Made by a program: the position numbers and the translations under genes. The notes under the pieces were generated by a model. That model had not been told where the DNA came from and did not search any database. It was given only the letters and a program-made list of their open reading frames with translations. Shown here one piece after another: positions 34,711 through 45,065 of a DNA stretch of 59,754 bases; position 1 is the first letter of the stretch; the number at the start of each line of letters is the position of its first letter. The stretch is from Candidatus Omnitrophota bacterium (lineage in GTDB: Bacteria; Omnitrophota; Gorgyraeia; Gygaellales; Profunditerraquicolaceae), in NCBI GenBank assembly GCA_043823435.1, contig JBDRAV010000002.1, positions 1-59,754 on the forward strand, written 5' to 3'.

Positions 34711-35802
34711 GTGAAGAGGATATTCATCGCGGCCACTAATCAGAATGACGGAAAGACTACGGTAGCGCTGGGTCTAATCTTTAATTTCCAGAAGAAATTC
34801 AAGGGCATAGGTTTTATCAAGCCGGTGGGCCAGAGATATCTGGAGGAGGCCGGTTTTAAAGTTGACGAAGATTCCGTATTAATCGAAGATTCGCTGAAGC
34901 TCTGCGGGATAAAGTGCCGGCTTAAAGACATGAGTCCGGTAGCAGTAGAAAAAGGTTTTACAGAGAAATATATAGATGCCCCTGTCCGTAAGGTCATCAC
35001 CAGGCAGATTAAAGAATCATTTAAGCGGGTAGCGCAAAATAAAAACCTGGTTATTATTGAAGGTACCGGCCACGCCGGAGTGGGTTCTGTTTTTGACCAC
35101 TCTAATGCGGCGGTAGCGAAACTCTTGCGTTCAAAGGTGGTGTTGATTTCATCGGGCGGAATCGGCAGGCCTATTGATGAAATCGTCCTGAATAAGGCGC
35201 TCTTTGAGAAAGAAGGGGTTAAGCTCTTAGGCGTAATCGTAAATAAGGTGAAACCGGAGAAATTCGAGAAAGTGAGCCGTCTTATGAAAAAGGGGCTAAA
35301 AAGGAAGGGGATTGATCTCCTCGGGGTCATCCCGTATAAGCCGTCACTTTCTCATCCGACCATTAGGCAAATACTGGAAGAGTCCGATTACGATTTGTTA
35401 TATCCTTCGAGCGATGATTCTTTAAATAACCATGTTGCCAAGATCGTAGTGGGGGCGATGCAGCCGAAAGACGCGGAAAAATATATTACCGACCACAGTC
35501 TGGTTATCACTCCCGGAAACCGCGAAGATATAATCAGGCTTACCCTTGAGCTTTATGCTAAAGGATGCAAAGTCGCCGGCCTGGTATTAACCGGGGACTT
35601 CGTGCCAAGCGGTGAATTTGTAAGTCAGATCAAGGATACCGCTATACCGGTATTATTAGCCAAGTCGGATACGTACACCACTGCCTCGGGAATCCATGAT
35701 TTGACAGTCAAGATCAGGCCGACGGATAAAAAGAAGATCGAGTTGGTAAAGGAATTAATCCGTAATTATGTAGATATAAATAAAATTATTAAGGCGATGT
35801 AA
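34711..35802 (+). CDS. Stand-alone BioD-like AAA plus DRTGG protein (homologue of the long-Pta N-terminus)
   Basis: NDGKTTVALG, FIKPVGQ, IIEGTGH, LVITPGNREDII; GTG start. Confidence 0.8.
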   Translation: MKRIFIAATNQNDGKTTVALGLIFNFQKKFKGIGFIKPVGQRYLEEAGFKVDEDSVLIEDSLKLCGIKCRLKDMSPVAVEKGFTEKYIDAPVRKVITRQIKESFKRVAQNKNLVIIEGTGHAGVGSVFDHSNAAVAKLLRSKVVLISSGGIGRPIDEIVLNKALFEKEGVKLLGVIVNKVKPEKFEKVSRLMKKGLKRKGIDLLGVIPYKPSLSHPTIRQILEESDYDLLYPSSDDSLNNHVAKIVVGAMQPKDAEKYITDHSLVITPGNREDIIRLTLELYAKGCKVAGLVLTGDFVPSGEFVSQIKDTAIPVLLAKSDTYTTASGIHDLTVKIRPTDKKKIELVKELIRNYVDINKIIKAM

Positions 35803-35803
35803 G

Positions 35804-36733
35804 ATGGATATTGTGACTAAAATCAGGGAACGGGCAAAAGCAAAACTGAAGACCGTGGCTTTGCCTGAAATTGAAGATGCACGCGTAAAAGAAGCCGCGA
35901 AGTTCATAGAAAAAGAAGGGATTGCCAGGGTTTTGCTTTTAGGCCGGGGGGCGCTGGATAAGACAAAGAAGGAAGAATACGCCAGGCAGTATTATGAATT
36001 ACGCAAGTCCAAGGGGATAACTTTAGACGATGCGAATAGAATAATGGAAGACCCCCTTTATTACGCTGCGATGATGACGCGTAACGCAGATGTCGATGGG
36101 TTCGTTGCCGGAGCCATCCACACTACTCCGAACGTGGCCAGGGCATCGATATATTGCTTGGGGGTAGATAAAAGGATAGATATCGCCTCAAGTTGTTTCA
36201 TAATGGGCGTACCGGGTTCTTCTTACGGAGAAGAAGGCGCGTTTATATTTGCGGACTGCGGGATTGTCCCTGATCCTAATCCGCGCCAGCTGGCCTGTAT
36301 TGCCGTATCGAACGCCGAATTAGCCAAGAAGGTTTTGGGAATACCTCCCAGGGTCGCGTTATTGAGCTATTCCACAAAAGGTTCGGCAAAGGGCAGAAGT
36401 GTTGATAAGATACTTGAAGCGCTGAAACTGGCAAAGCAGATGCAGCCGGACCTGCTTATTGAAGGGGAATTACAGGTGGATGCGGCGATAGTGCCGGAAG
36501 TGGCCCAGATTAAATGCCCGGATAGTTTGCTTAAAGGCAGGGCAAACGTCTTAATTTTCCCAAATTTAGAAGCAGGAAATATAGGATACAAACTTGTGCA
36601 GAGGTTAGCCAGGACTCGGGCAATCGGGCCTATAATCGTAGGTTTGAATAAACCCTGCAGCGACCTCTCCCGTGGTTGCGTAGTTGAAGATATAATAGAT
36701 TGCGTGGCCGTAACGGCCATAAGGGCCCAATAA
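35804..36733 (+). CDS. pta: Phosphate acetyltransferase (short form)
   Basis: ALPEIEDARV, FADCG, LLSYST, GELQVDAA, FPNLEAGNIGYK, DLSRGC. Confidence 0.93.
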   Translation: MDIVTKIRERAKAKLKTVALPEIEDARVKEAAKFIEKEGIARVLLLGRGALDKTKKEEYARQYYELRKSKGITLDDANRIMEDPLYYAAMMTRNADVDGFVAGAIHTTPNVARASIYCLGVDKRIDIASSCFIMGVPGSSYGEEGAFIFADCGIVPDPNPRQLACIAVSNAELAKKVLGIPPRVALLSYSTKGSAKGRSVDKILEALKLAKQMQPDLLIEGELQVDAAIVPEVAQIKCPDSLLKGRANVLIFPNLEAGNIGYKLVQRLARTRAIGPIIVGLNKPCSDLSRGCVVEDIIDCVAVTAIRAQ

Positions 36734-36738
36734 TATTT

Positions 36739-36855
36739 AGGGACACTTCTTGACTCAAAGCAAGAAGTGTCCCTGACTCAAAGCAAGAAGTGTCCCTGAT
36801 TTTTTTCTAATGTTAAAAGGGGGACACTTCTCCGATTGGCTGAAGAAGTGTCCCT
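36739..36855. repeat. REP-like cluster (GGGACACTTCT family) between pta and ackA
   Basis: Left arms at 36739 and 36821, right arms at 36763, 36786 and 36844; 36821-36855 is the exact reverse complement of 19880-19914. Confidence 0.9.
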
Positions 36856-36875
36856 AAAAAAGGAAGAAGCAAAGA

Positions 36876-37928
36876 ATGAAAATACTCGTTATAAATAGCG
36901 GAAGCTCTTCCATAAAATATAAGCTCTTTGATATGCCCGCAGAGAAGAATCCGGTGCACGGGGTGATAGAGCATATCGCAGAGAGAGGCTCTAAGATAAA
37001 AGACCATTATGCCGGCCTGAAAGTAGTTCTGGGTAGAGTAAAGCGAGTGGACCTGGTCGGTCACCGGGTAGTGCATGGAGCAGAGAGCTTTAAGAAACCG
37101 ACATTAATCAATCCATCCGTTCTGCGCAAGATAAAGGGGTGTTCGCGTTTAGCGCCTTTACATAATCCGGCAAATTTAACCGGGATCATGGCCTGTAAGA
37201 AATTGCTTCCCGGGATCAGGCAGGTTGCGGTATTTGATACGGCATTCCACCAGACGCTTCCCGATTACGCTTATATATACGGTTTGCCTTACGAATATTA
37301 CAAGAGGTTTTGTATAAGGAAATATGGTTTTCATGGCACGAGCCATGAATACGTCGCCCATGAAGCAGCGCGCCGCCTGGGCAAGCCGATCAGCAGGTTG
37401 AAGATAATTACCTGTCATCTTGGAAATGGATGCAGCATTACGGCAGTGGAGAGGGGCAGGTCTATTGATACCAGTATGGGCTTTACTCCGTTGGAGGGCT
37501 TGATCATGGGTACGCGCTGCGGAGATATCGACCCTGCGTTAATCACCTATATCATGCAGAAGAAGAGAATCGGCATTCCTGAGGTTGAGGATATTTTAAA
37601 TAAGAAGAGCGGGCTTATAGGTGTTTCCGGGATAAGTAATGATATGCGTACATTGGAGGCGAGGGCAGGGAAAAAATACGGACGCGCAAAACTGGCAATT
37701 GATATCTTTATCTACCGTATAAAAAAATATATCGGCGCATATACGGCTGCCATGTCAGGGTGCGATTGTCTTGTATTTACGGGAGGTATCGGAGAGAATC
37801 ATAACAGGATCGTGCGCGCAATCTCTAAAGACGTATTTTCTTATATGAAGAAGAAACCAGGGATCATGGTTATCCCTACCAATGAAGAATTAATGATTGC
37901 CCGTAAGGCATATAAATTGGTAAAATAA
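36876..37928 (+). CDS. ackA: Acetate kinase (compact, 350 aa)
   Basis: ILVINSGSSSIKY, VGHRVVHG, APLHNP, VFDTAFH, YGFHGTSH, HLGNG, TNEELMIAR. Confidence 0.95.
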   Translation: MKILVINSGSSSIKYKLFDMPAEKNPVHGVIEHIAERGSKIKDHYAGLKVVLGRVKRVDLVGHRVVHGAESFKKPTLINPSVLRKIKGCSRLAPLHNPANLTGIMACKKLLPGIRQVAVFDTAFHQTLPDYAYIYGLPYEYYKRFCIRKYGFHGTSHEYVAHEAARRLGKPISRLKIITCHLGNGCSITAVERGRSIDTSMGFTPLEGLIMGTRCGDIDPALITYIMQKKRIGIPEVEDILNKKSGLIGVSGISNDMRTLEARAGKKYGRAKLAIDIFIYRIKKYIGAYTAAMSGCDCLVFTGGIGENHNRIVRAISKDVFSYMKKKPGIMVIPTNEELMIARKAYKLVK

Positions 37929-37932
37929 GATA

Positions 37933-38012
37933 GCACCTGGTGCCTAACCAATCGGGCACCTGTTTGGAATTCAAGCTTGTACCTGGTACGAGCTTGAATT
38001 TGCAGACGGTGC
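37933..38012. repeat. Nested palindrome with CTG loops, overlapping a promoter
   Basis: GCAC-CTG-GTGC (37933-37943); AATTCAAGCTTGTAC-CTG-GTACGAGCTTGAATT (37968-38000); the right arm supplies TTGAAT, 17 nt before TATAAT (38017). Confidence 0.8.
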
Positions 38013-38036
38013 TGAATATAATGATAAGGAGAGGAA

Positions 38037-38387
38037 ATGTTAAGGACTATATTGAAGTCTAAAATACACCCTGCGCGCATAACTGAAGCGAACCTGCATT
38101 ACGACGGTAGCGTTACTATCGACGCGGCGTTGATGGAGAAAGCTGATATCTTCGTGCACGAAAAGGTCGAGGTGCTCAATCTTAATAACGGCTTGCGCCT
38201 TGAGACTTATGCCATCGAAGGCAAAAGAGGCTCCGGGGTTATCTGCCTTAACGGTCCCGCTGCGCGCGGCGCCTGTGTAGGAGATAAGGTGATTATACTG
38301 GCTTATGCCATTGCAGAAGATAAAGATGTCAAATCCATAAAACCAAAGATAATCAAGGTCGATGAGCAAAACCGCATTAAGGATTAG
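38037..38387 (+). CDS. panD: Aspartate 1-decarboxylase
   Basis: [18 protein letters not shown] (G-S cleavage site), [15 protein letters not shown]. Confidence 0.96.
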   Translation: MLRTILKSKIHPARITEANLHYDGSVTIDAALMEKADIFVHEKVEVLNLNNGLRLETYAIEGKRGSGVICLNGPAARGACVGDKVIILAYAIAEDKDVKSIKPKIIKVDEQNRIKD

Positions 38388-38910
38388 GGTATTAGGTGAA
38401 CCGGCATTAAGAAAGAAGGTGAAGCCGGTCAAACAGGTGACTGCTGAGCATCGCGATATTTTAAGCGCAATGGCGCAATTGATGTACGCGGAGTCAGGGA
38501 TCGGACTGGCTGCTTCTCAGGTTGGTATCAATGAGTCTATGATCGTTGTCGATATAGGTGACGGGATCTATAAACTGTTAAACCCGAGGATAGCAAGAAA
38601 AGAGGGTCAACAGGTGATGGAGGAGGGGTGTCTGAGCGTCCCCGGGATTTGCCTGAAGATTAAACGCGCCAAAAAAGTCATAGTCAAAGCAGAAGACCAG
38701 GATTTTAAGCCTGTTACCATAGAGGCAGACGGCCTTTTGGCATGCGTATTTCAACATGAGATAGACCATTTAAACGGAAGGCTGATCATTGATTACGTTC
38801 CGTTATTTACGAAGCTGAAGATAAAAAATAAATTAAAGAAACTCAAAAATAGATCTGAAAATGAAAGATTGCCCGAATCAGAAGCAAAATCTGGAAAACT
38901 GCAATTGTAG
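38362..38910 (+). CDS. def: Peptide deformylase
   Basis: GIGLAA, EGCLS, HEIDH. Confidence 0.95.
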   Translation: MSKTALRIRVLGEPALRKKVKPVKQVTAEHRDILSAMAQLMYAESGIGLAASQVGINESMIVVDIGDGIYKLLNPRIARKEGQQVMEEGCLSVPGICLKIKRAKKVIVKAEDQDFKPVTIEADGLLACVFQHEIDHLNGRLIIDYVPLFTKLKIKNKLKKLKNRSENERLPESEAKSGKLQL

Positions 38911-39058
38911 TTATGAGCCTTGTTCGCGTAAAGGAATCTGTTGCGCCTGTCTTATCTATCACCGCAAAAATGGCGAAATACCCGCTTGCTTTTTCTCATC
39001 CGGTGCTGAAAAGACCTATGACCGTTCTATAAGAAATTTTATTAAAATCCAGAGATGA
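38861..39058 (+). CDS. Small Cys-rich protein (DUF6485-like)
   Basis: [32 protein letters not shown]...ERTYDRS-type pattern. Confidence 0.75.
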   Translation: MKDCPNQKQNLENCNCSYEPCSRKGICCACLIYHRKNGEIPACFFSSGAEKTYDRSIRNFIKIQR

Positions 39059-39921
39059 AAAACAGATTGCCAGCCTGGTTTAAGCAGGAGATACCGGATG
39101 CCGCAGTACGGGGCAAAATACAAATGCTATCCGAGTTCAGGGTAAATACCGTCTGCAGCCACGCCAAGTGCCCCAATTTAAGTTCATGTTTTAAGAGCCT
39201 GAAGTTTACCTTTATGATTTTGGGGGATACCTGTACCAGGAGTTGCCGGTTTTGCGGCATTAACAAAACAAAGAAATCCGGTTTGGCCATCGATGCAAAT
39301 GAGCCGGACAGGATCAGTCAGATAGCCAGGGTACTTAATTTAAAATTCGTGGTAATAACTTCAGTTACGCGCGATGACCTTGTTGACGCAGGGGCAGCGC
39401 ATTTTGTCAGGACTATAAAATTACTCCGCAATATGAATAAAGATATCAAGATCGAAGCGCTGATACCCGATTTTTCCGGAAGCCATGCCAGCATCAAGGC
39501 GGTAATTGAGGCGGGCCCATCTATATTCGCCCATAATATAGAAACTGTCAAACGGCTATACCAGAGCCTAAGGCCGCAGGCAAACTATGAGACATCATTA
39601 GGCGTGCTAAGCAAGGCGAAGGAGATCAATCCTTCTTTGGTTACCAAGTCTTCGTTGATCTTGGGCATGGGCGAGACGGAAGAAGAGGTCTTATCTACTA
39701 TGCAAGAATTAAGGCAGAGTCAATGCGATATCCTTACTTTAGGCCAGTACCTGGCGCCTTCAGAGAATCATTTTCCGGTAAAGGAATTTATCAGCATGGA
39801 ACAGTTTGAGAATTACCGGCGTATGGGTATGCAACTGGGGTTTAAGGCGGTATTGTCGGGGCCTAAGGTGCGCAGTTCCTATCAGGCAGAAGAGGTCTAC
39901 GATGGGCTTGAATACGTATGA
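39055..39921 (+). CDS. lipA: Lipoyl synthase
   Basis: TVC...[39 protein letters not shown]. Confidence 0.92.
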   Translation: MKNRLPAWFKQEIPDAAVRGKIQMLSEFRVNTVCSHAKCPNLSSCFKSLKFTFMILGDTCTRSCRFCGINKTKKSGLAIDANEPDRISQIARVLNLKFVVITSVTRDDLVDAGAAHFVRTIKLLRNMNKDIKIEALIPDFSGSHASIKAVIEAGPSIFAHNIETVKRLYQSLRPQANYETSLGVLSKAKEINPSLVTKSSLILGMGETEEEVLSTMQELRQSQCDILTLGQYLAPSENHFPVKEFISMEQFENYRRMGMQLGFKAVLSGPKVRSSYQAEEVYDGLEYV

Positions 39922-40822
39922 TTTGATTATTATCGGAGCAGGCCCGGCAGGTTTGACCGCCGCGCTTTACGCGGGGCGTTCGCGCCTAAATACGCTTCTA
40001 TTAGAGAAGATAAGCCCGGGGGGAAGGATACTTCTGACTGAAACCATTGAGAATTTTCCCGGTTTCAGGGGAGGGATAAATACATCCGAATTAATTCAGC
40101 GCATGCAGGAGCAGGTTACGGATTTAGGGGTAAAGATCAGGCTGGAAGAAGCGGCGCAGATAGATTTTGAATCAAAGACCGTTAAGAGCGGCTCCGGGGA
40201 GGATTCAGCCAAAGCCATAATTATCGCCACAGGAGCACATCCGCGAAAGCTGGGGGTGCCGGGAGAAGACAAATTGACCGGCAGGGGCGTTTCTTATTGC
40301 GCTACCTGCGATGCCCCTTTGTACAGGGAGAAGGATCTGGTGATAGTAGGCGGAGGTAACGCCATGGCAGAAGAGGCTATTTATCTGACGCGTTTTGCCA
40401 GATCCGTGGCCATAATCCACAGAAGGGATGAGTTACGCGCATCCATGATCCTGCAGGAGGAGCTGAAAGAAAATAAAAAGATAAAGTTTATCTTAAGCAG
40501 CATGATTACCGCGATATCGGGTTCGAGCAGGGTGGAAGGGGTAAAGGTAAAAGATTTGAACACTTCCGTAGAGAGCGAAGTGCAATGTGACGGGATCTTT
40601 ATTTATGTCGGCTATATACCGGATACGGATATTGTAAAAGATAAATTGGAACTGGATGAATCCGGATTTATAATTGCTACGGATGATATGTCTACTTCAT
40701 GCGATGGTATCTTTGCGTGCGGAGACTGTCGCAAGAAAACCCTGTATCAGGTTATTACCGCCTGCGCAGACGGGGCAGTGGCAGCGGATTCAGCATACAA
40801 ATATTTAGCGAGGCAAAAATAA
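39902..40822 (+). CDS. trxB: Thioredoxin reductase
   Basis: IIGAGPAGLTAA, GVSYCATCD, VGGGN, FACGD; start set at ATG 39902. Confidence 0.94.
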   Translation: MGLNTYDLIIIGAGPAGLTAALYAGRSRLNTLLLEKISPGGRILLTETIENFPGFRGGINTSELIQRMQEQVTDLGVKIRLEEAAQIDFESKTVKSGSGEDSAKAIIIATGAHPRKLGVPGEDKLTGRGVSYCATCDAPLYREKDLVIVGGGNAMAEEAIYLTRFARSVAIIHRRDELRASMILQEELKENKKIKFILSSMITAISGSSRVEGVKVKDLNTSVESEVQCDGIFIYVGYIPDTDIVKDKLELDESGFIIATDDMSTSCDGIFACGDCRKKTLYQVITACADGAVAADSAYKYLARQK

Positions 40823-40823
40823 G

Positions 40824-42620
40824 ATGGCTAAATTTCCGACTCACCATAAGAAATTAAGGGATTGGGTGAACAAGATGGCCCGGTTGTGCCAGCCGGATGA
40901 TATAGTCTGGATAGATGGTTCGCAGGAACAGAAAAAGAAGCTGGAAGAAGAGGCTGCAATCGGGGGAGAGGTCTTCCGCTTGAACCAGGAGAAGCTCCCG
41001 GGCTGCCTTTTGCACCGTACCAGCATCGATGATGTAGCCCGTACCGAGCACCTTACATTTATCTGCACAAAGAAGAAGCGCGAGGCAGGGCCGAATAATA
41101 ATTGGATGTCTCCTGGAGTGGCATACAGGAAGACAAAGGCTATTTTTAAAGGCGCGATGCGCGGCAGGACAATGTATGTCATTCCTTTTTCTATGGGCCC
41201 GGTAGGGTCTCCTTTCAGCAAGGTCGGGGTGGAGTTGACTGATTCCCGCTATGTAGTGTTGAACATGCTGATTATGACCCGGGCGGGAGAGTCTGTGCTC
41301 AGGCAATTGGGCGGGGACGGAGAGTTTACAAAATGCCTTCATTCCAAAGCCGAACTCGATATAAATAAAAGGCTGATATTACATTTCCCCCAGGATAATA
41401 CTATTTGGAGTGTCGGTTCAGGTTACGGCGGGAACGTGCTTTTAGGTAAGAAGTGCCTTTCGCTAAGGATTGCCAGTTATATAGCCAGGAGGGAGCGTTG
41501 GTTCGCAGAGCATATGCTTATTATGGGAATTGAAGAGCCCAATGGGCGTATAAATTATATTGCGGCTGCGTTTCCCAGTGCCTGCGGAAAGACTAACCTT
41601 GCGATGTTAGTGCCCCCTGAGGGCTTAAAGAAGAAGGGGTACCGTATCTGGACGGTAGGCGATGATATCGCCTGGATGCGCGTAGATTCCGACGGTGCGT
41701 TATGGGCGATCAATCCTGAATCAGGTTTCTTCGGGGTTGCCCCGGGGACAAATTCCAAAAGCAATCCCAATATGGTCCAGACTATTAAAAACAATACGAT
41801 ATATACGAATGTCCTTTTAAAGCCGGACGGCACAGTCTGGTGGGAGGGGGCTGATGGCGAAGCCCCGCTTCAAGGTATTGATTGGCGCGGCCAGCCCTGG
41901 GAACCGGGTAAGGTTGATGCTAACGGAAAGCCTATTTTAGGGGCGCATCCGAACAGCCGTTTTACGGCCCCTATTTCAAATTGTCCTTCTGCCTCATTCA
42001 GGCTGGAGCAGCATCACGGTGTGCCTATTTCAGCCATTGTTTTTGGCGGACGCAGGATGCATCTTGCGCCTCTGGCGTACGAAGCATTTAACTGGCAACA
42101 CGGCATATTTGTCGGGGCTACGATGGGCTCGGAATTAACCGCTGCCCAGGTAGGCAAGTTAGGCCAGGTGCGCCGGGATCCGATGGCAATGTTGCCTTTC
42201 TGCGGTTATAATATGTCTGATTATTTCAGGCACTGGCTGACTATGGGCAAGAGGATGGCAAAGCCTCCTAAGATCTTCCATGTTAACTGGTTCAGGACTG
42301 ACGAACACGGAAAATTCCTCTGGCCGGGTTTCGGAGAAAACCTGAGGGTCCTGGAATGGATACTTGACCGTTGCGATAATAAAGTGGATGAAGGGGTCAA
42401 GACCCCTATCGGTTGTATCCCCCGGGTTTCTGATATAGATATGACCGGACTCCAGTTGCATCCGGGAGCCCTGGAGAAACTCCTTACCATAAATAAAGAA
42501 AAATGGCTTGAGGAATTAAAAGGCATAAAGGTATTCTTTAAACAGTTCAAGAGAGACCTTCCGCCTGAATTGTGGCAGGAATACAATGAGCTGAAAGAGC
42601 GCCTTGAGTCAAAAGACTAG
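40824..42620 (+). CDS. pckG: GTP-dependent phosphoenolpyruvate carboxykinase
   Basis: SGYGGNVLLGKKC, AFPSACGKTNLAM, VGDDIAW, HPNSRF, RDPMAMLPFCGYN, WPGFGEN. Confidence 0.96.
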   Translation: MAKFPTHHKKLRDWVNKMARLCQPDDIVWIDGSQEQKKKLEEEAAIGGEVFRLNQEKLPGCLLHRTSIDDVARTEHLTFICTKKKREAGPNNNWMSPGVAYRKTKAIFKGAMRGRTMYVIPFSMGPVGSPFSKVGVELTDSRYVVLNMLIMTRAGESVLRQLGGDGEFTKCLHSKAELDINKRLILHFPQDNTIWSVGSGYGGNVLLGKKCLSLRIASYIARRERWFAEHMLIMGIEEPNGRINYIAAAFPSACGKTNLAMLVPPEGLKKKGYRIWTVGDDIAWMRVDSDGALWAINPESGFFGVAPGTNSKSNPNMVQTIKNNTIYTNVLLKPDGTVWWEGADGEAPLQGIDWRGQPWEPGKVDANGKPILGAHPNSRFTAPISNCPSASFRLEQHHGVPISAIVFGGRRMHLAPLAYEAFNWQHGIFVGATMGSELTAAQVGKLGQVRRDPMAMLPFCGYNMSDYFRHWLTMGKRMAKPPKIFHVNWFRTDEHGKFLWPGFGENLRVLEWILDRCDNKVDEGVKTPIGCIPRVSDIDMTGLQLHPGALEKLLTINKEKWLEELKGIKVFFKQFKRDLPPELWQEYNELKERLESKD

Positions 42621-42680
42621 ACAGGGGAATTTTTATAACCAAAGCCGAGAGTATCTATTAAATAATAAATAGGTCATTAA

Positions 42681-42737
42681 GGGGACACTCTTCTGTTTGG
42701 ATTTAAAGACGTCCCCCGATTAGGTTCAAAGACGTCC
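42681..42737. repeat. REP-like cluster, variant subfamily
   Basis: GGGGACAC at 42681; AAAGACGTCCC at 42705 and 42727. Confidence 0.75.
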
Positions 42738-42753
42738 CCAAAGGGGGGAGGAG

Positions 42754-43656
42754 ATGGCGATGGATAATGTCGTTTTATTATCTACTGATTTAAAGGGATT
42801 AAGATTACATAAGCGCGGGAAGGTAAGGGATGTTTATGATTTAGGCGACAGATTACTTATTGTTTCTACTGACAGGATATCATGTTTTGATGTAGTATTG
42901 CCTTCCGGCATACCGCATAAAGGGCGCGTGCTCACGCAACTCTCATGTTTCTGGTTCGATTTCATTAAAGATATCACTGCCCACCACCTTATTACCTGTG
43001 ATATAAATGATTATCCCGAAGAATTACAAAAATATAAGGATATCCTTTCCGGCCGCTCAATGCTGGTTAAAAAGACCAAACCGCTTGCGCTTGAATGTGT
43101 AGTCAGAGGCTACCTTTCCGGTTCCGGGTGGAAGGAATATAAAGAAAAGCAATCAGTCTGCACTATAAAATTGCCCCCCGGGCTTCGCGAGTCGGATAAA
43201 TTACCCGAAGTTTTATTTACCCCTTCGACCAAGGCGGATGTCGGGCACGATTTAAACGTCGACCAGGAGTACGCAGAAGGCCTGGTAGGTAAAGATACCG
43301 CTTCCAGGTTAAGGGAGATAAGCATAGGCATTTATAAGAAGGCTAGCGATTATGCCGCCAAGAAGGGGATTATTATTGCGGATACAAAATTTGAATTCGG
43401 CATATACGAAAATAAGATTATCTTGATTGATGAGGCGCTTACGCCTGATTCATCGCGTTTCTGGCCGGCCGACCACTACGCTGCCGGTAAACCACAGCCC
43501 AGTTTCGACAAACAATTTGTCCGTGATTACCTGGAGAGTTTAGAATGGGACAAGACTCTCCCTGCTCCCCAGCTGCCCGATGAGATCATCGAGAAAACTA
43601 CCCGTAAGTATCTTGAGGCGCACAGAAGATTGACCGGAAAAGAGATAAAAATATAA
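42754..43656 (+). CDS. purC: SAICAR synthetase
   Basis: [57 protein letters not shown]. Confidence 0.96.
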   Translation: MAMDNVVLLSTDLKGLRLHKRGKVRDVYDLGDRLLIVSTDRISCFDVVLPSGIPHKGRVLTQLSCFWFDFIKDITAHHLITCDINDYPEELQKYKDILSGRSMLVKKTKPLALECVVRGYLSGSGWKEYKEKQSVCTIKLPPGLRESDKLPEVLFTPSTKADVGHDLNVDQEYAEGLVGKDTASRLREISIGIYKKASDYAAKKGIIIADTKFEFGIYENKIILIDEALTPDSSRFWPADHYAAGKPQPSFDKQFVRDYLESLEWDKTLPAPQLPDEIIEKTTRKYLEAHRRLTGKEIKI

Positions 43657-43657
43657 G

Positions 43658-44653
43658 ATGGAACTAGTTAAGAAGACTGTTTCTATTTTATTAAGGGTCA
43701 GCGTAAGCGTAATCCTGCTGTTTTTTTTATTCAGCCTTGTAGATAAAAAGAATCTCGTTGAGATCATAAAAAACGCGGATAAACCCCTTTTGGTGCTTGC
43801 GTTTTTTATCTTTTTTGCCAGTTATGCCTTGTGCTTTCTTCGCTGGGATATGCTCCTTAAGGCAGCTGATATCCGTTTGCCTTTCAGCAGGGTGGTTATT
43901 TCGAGTGCAGGGGGAATGTTTTTCAGCCTTTTTCTTCCTTCGACTATCGGAGGGGACCTTGTGCGCAGCATTGACTTAGCCGTGCATACCAAAAAGAGTC
44001 ATGAGGTAGTAGCTACGGTACTTTTAGACAGGCTCAGCGGTTTTATAGGGTTGGTCGCGGTAGCTTTATTGGCCGTTATATTCGGGTGGGGGCTTGTATA
44101 CGATAATCCAGGCGCCTTGATCTCGGTGGCCGTAATCTTTGCTATACTGGCGGCGGTTTTACTGGTATTATTCAACAGTTTCTTATATTCCAAAATAAAT
44201 AAAGTTCTGCATTCTCCGCGCGCGGGCCGGATCCGCGGGTTTATAAAAGACCTGCATCAGGAGATGCACATTTTCAGGCATCATAAAAGTATAGTAGTGA
44301 ATAATCTTGTTCTTTCTCTGTTAATCCAGATTATCATGCCGATCATATTTTATATCATCGCGCTGTCAATAGGCATAAAAATAAATATCGTTTATTTCTT
44401 TGTCTTTATGCCTATAATAAGCTCCATTAGTTTGTTACCTATCTCCCTGGGTGGATTAGGTTTAAGGGATGCCACCACCATATTCTTTTTTGCCAAGGCA
44501 GGAGTCAGCAAGGATATGGCTTTTGCGATGTCGCTGGTTTCTTTTTCCTTCATATTAATTATAGGAATATTGGGAGGCGTTCTCTATGCCCTTACAGTAC
44601 ATCATCGACGCATACAATATAATAAACCACATCACGTTTGCCCCCGCCCGTAA
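43658..44653 (+). CDS. UPF0104 / lysylphosphatidylglycerol-synthase TM-domain (flippase-like) protein
   Basis: LRWDMLL, FLPSTIGGDLVR, VLLDRLSG, LPISLGGLGLRD. Confidence 0.85.
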   Translation: MELVKKTVSILLRVSVSVILLFFLFSLVDKKNLVEIIKNADKPLLVLAFFIFFASYALCFLRWDMLLKAADIRLPFSRVVISSAGGMFFSLFLPSTIGGDLVRSIDLAVHTKKSHEVVATVLLDRLSGFIGLVAVALLAVIFGWGLVYDNPGALISVAVIFAILAAVLLVLFNSFLYSKINKVLHSPRAGRIRGFIKDLHQEMHIFRHHKSIVVNNLVLSLLIQIIMPIIFYIIALSIGIKINIVYFFVFMPIISSISLLPISLGGLGLRDATTIFFFAKAGVSKDMAFAMSLVSFSFILIIGILGGVLYALTVHHRRIQYNKPHHVCPRP

Positions 44654-45065
44654 GAAGATCACAGACCCCCGCAGAGCCCTTCTTGAATTTATAAAGAAGA
44701 GAATGCGGGAAAAAAAATCCAGGAATAAAATAATCTTAGTTTTTGACGGTTATTCCGGCATGTCGGGGAAGCCTCCCGAAGAATACGGCATCGAAGCAAT
44801 ATTTTCCGGGGATGAGACCGCCGACCTAATCATCAGGAGGATGGTTGAAAGTTCAAAGAGGCCGGGGGATATTGCGGTAGTTTCCGATGACCGGGAGATA
44901 CAGTTCTTCATAAAGTCCGCAGGGGCCAGCCCGGTCGGCGTAGAAGAATTCATAAATCCCGAGGCTAAAACGCAGAGGAAGAAAGAGGAGCTGATTAAAA
45001 CAGAGCTTAATTACAGCCAGATCAGCAGGATAAACCAGGAATTAAAAACGCTATGGCTAAAGTAA
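44586..45065 (+). CDS. YacP-like NYN domain protein
   Basis: YIIDAYN, LVFDG, TADLII, VVSDDREIQ. Confidence 0.82.
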   Translation: MPLQYIIDAYNIINHITFAPARKKITDPRRALLEFIKKRMREKKSRNKIILVFDGYSGMSGKPPEEYGIEAIFSGDETADLIIRRMVESSKRPGDIAVVSDDREIQFFIKSAGASPVGVEEFINPEAKTQRKKEELIKTELNYSQISRINQELKTLWLK

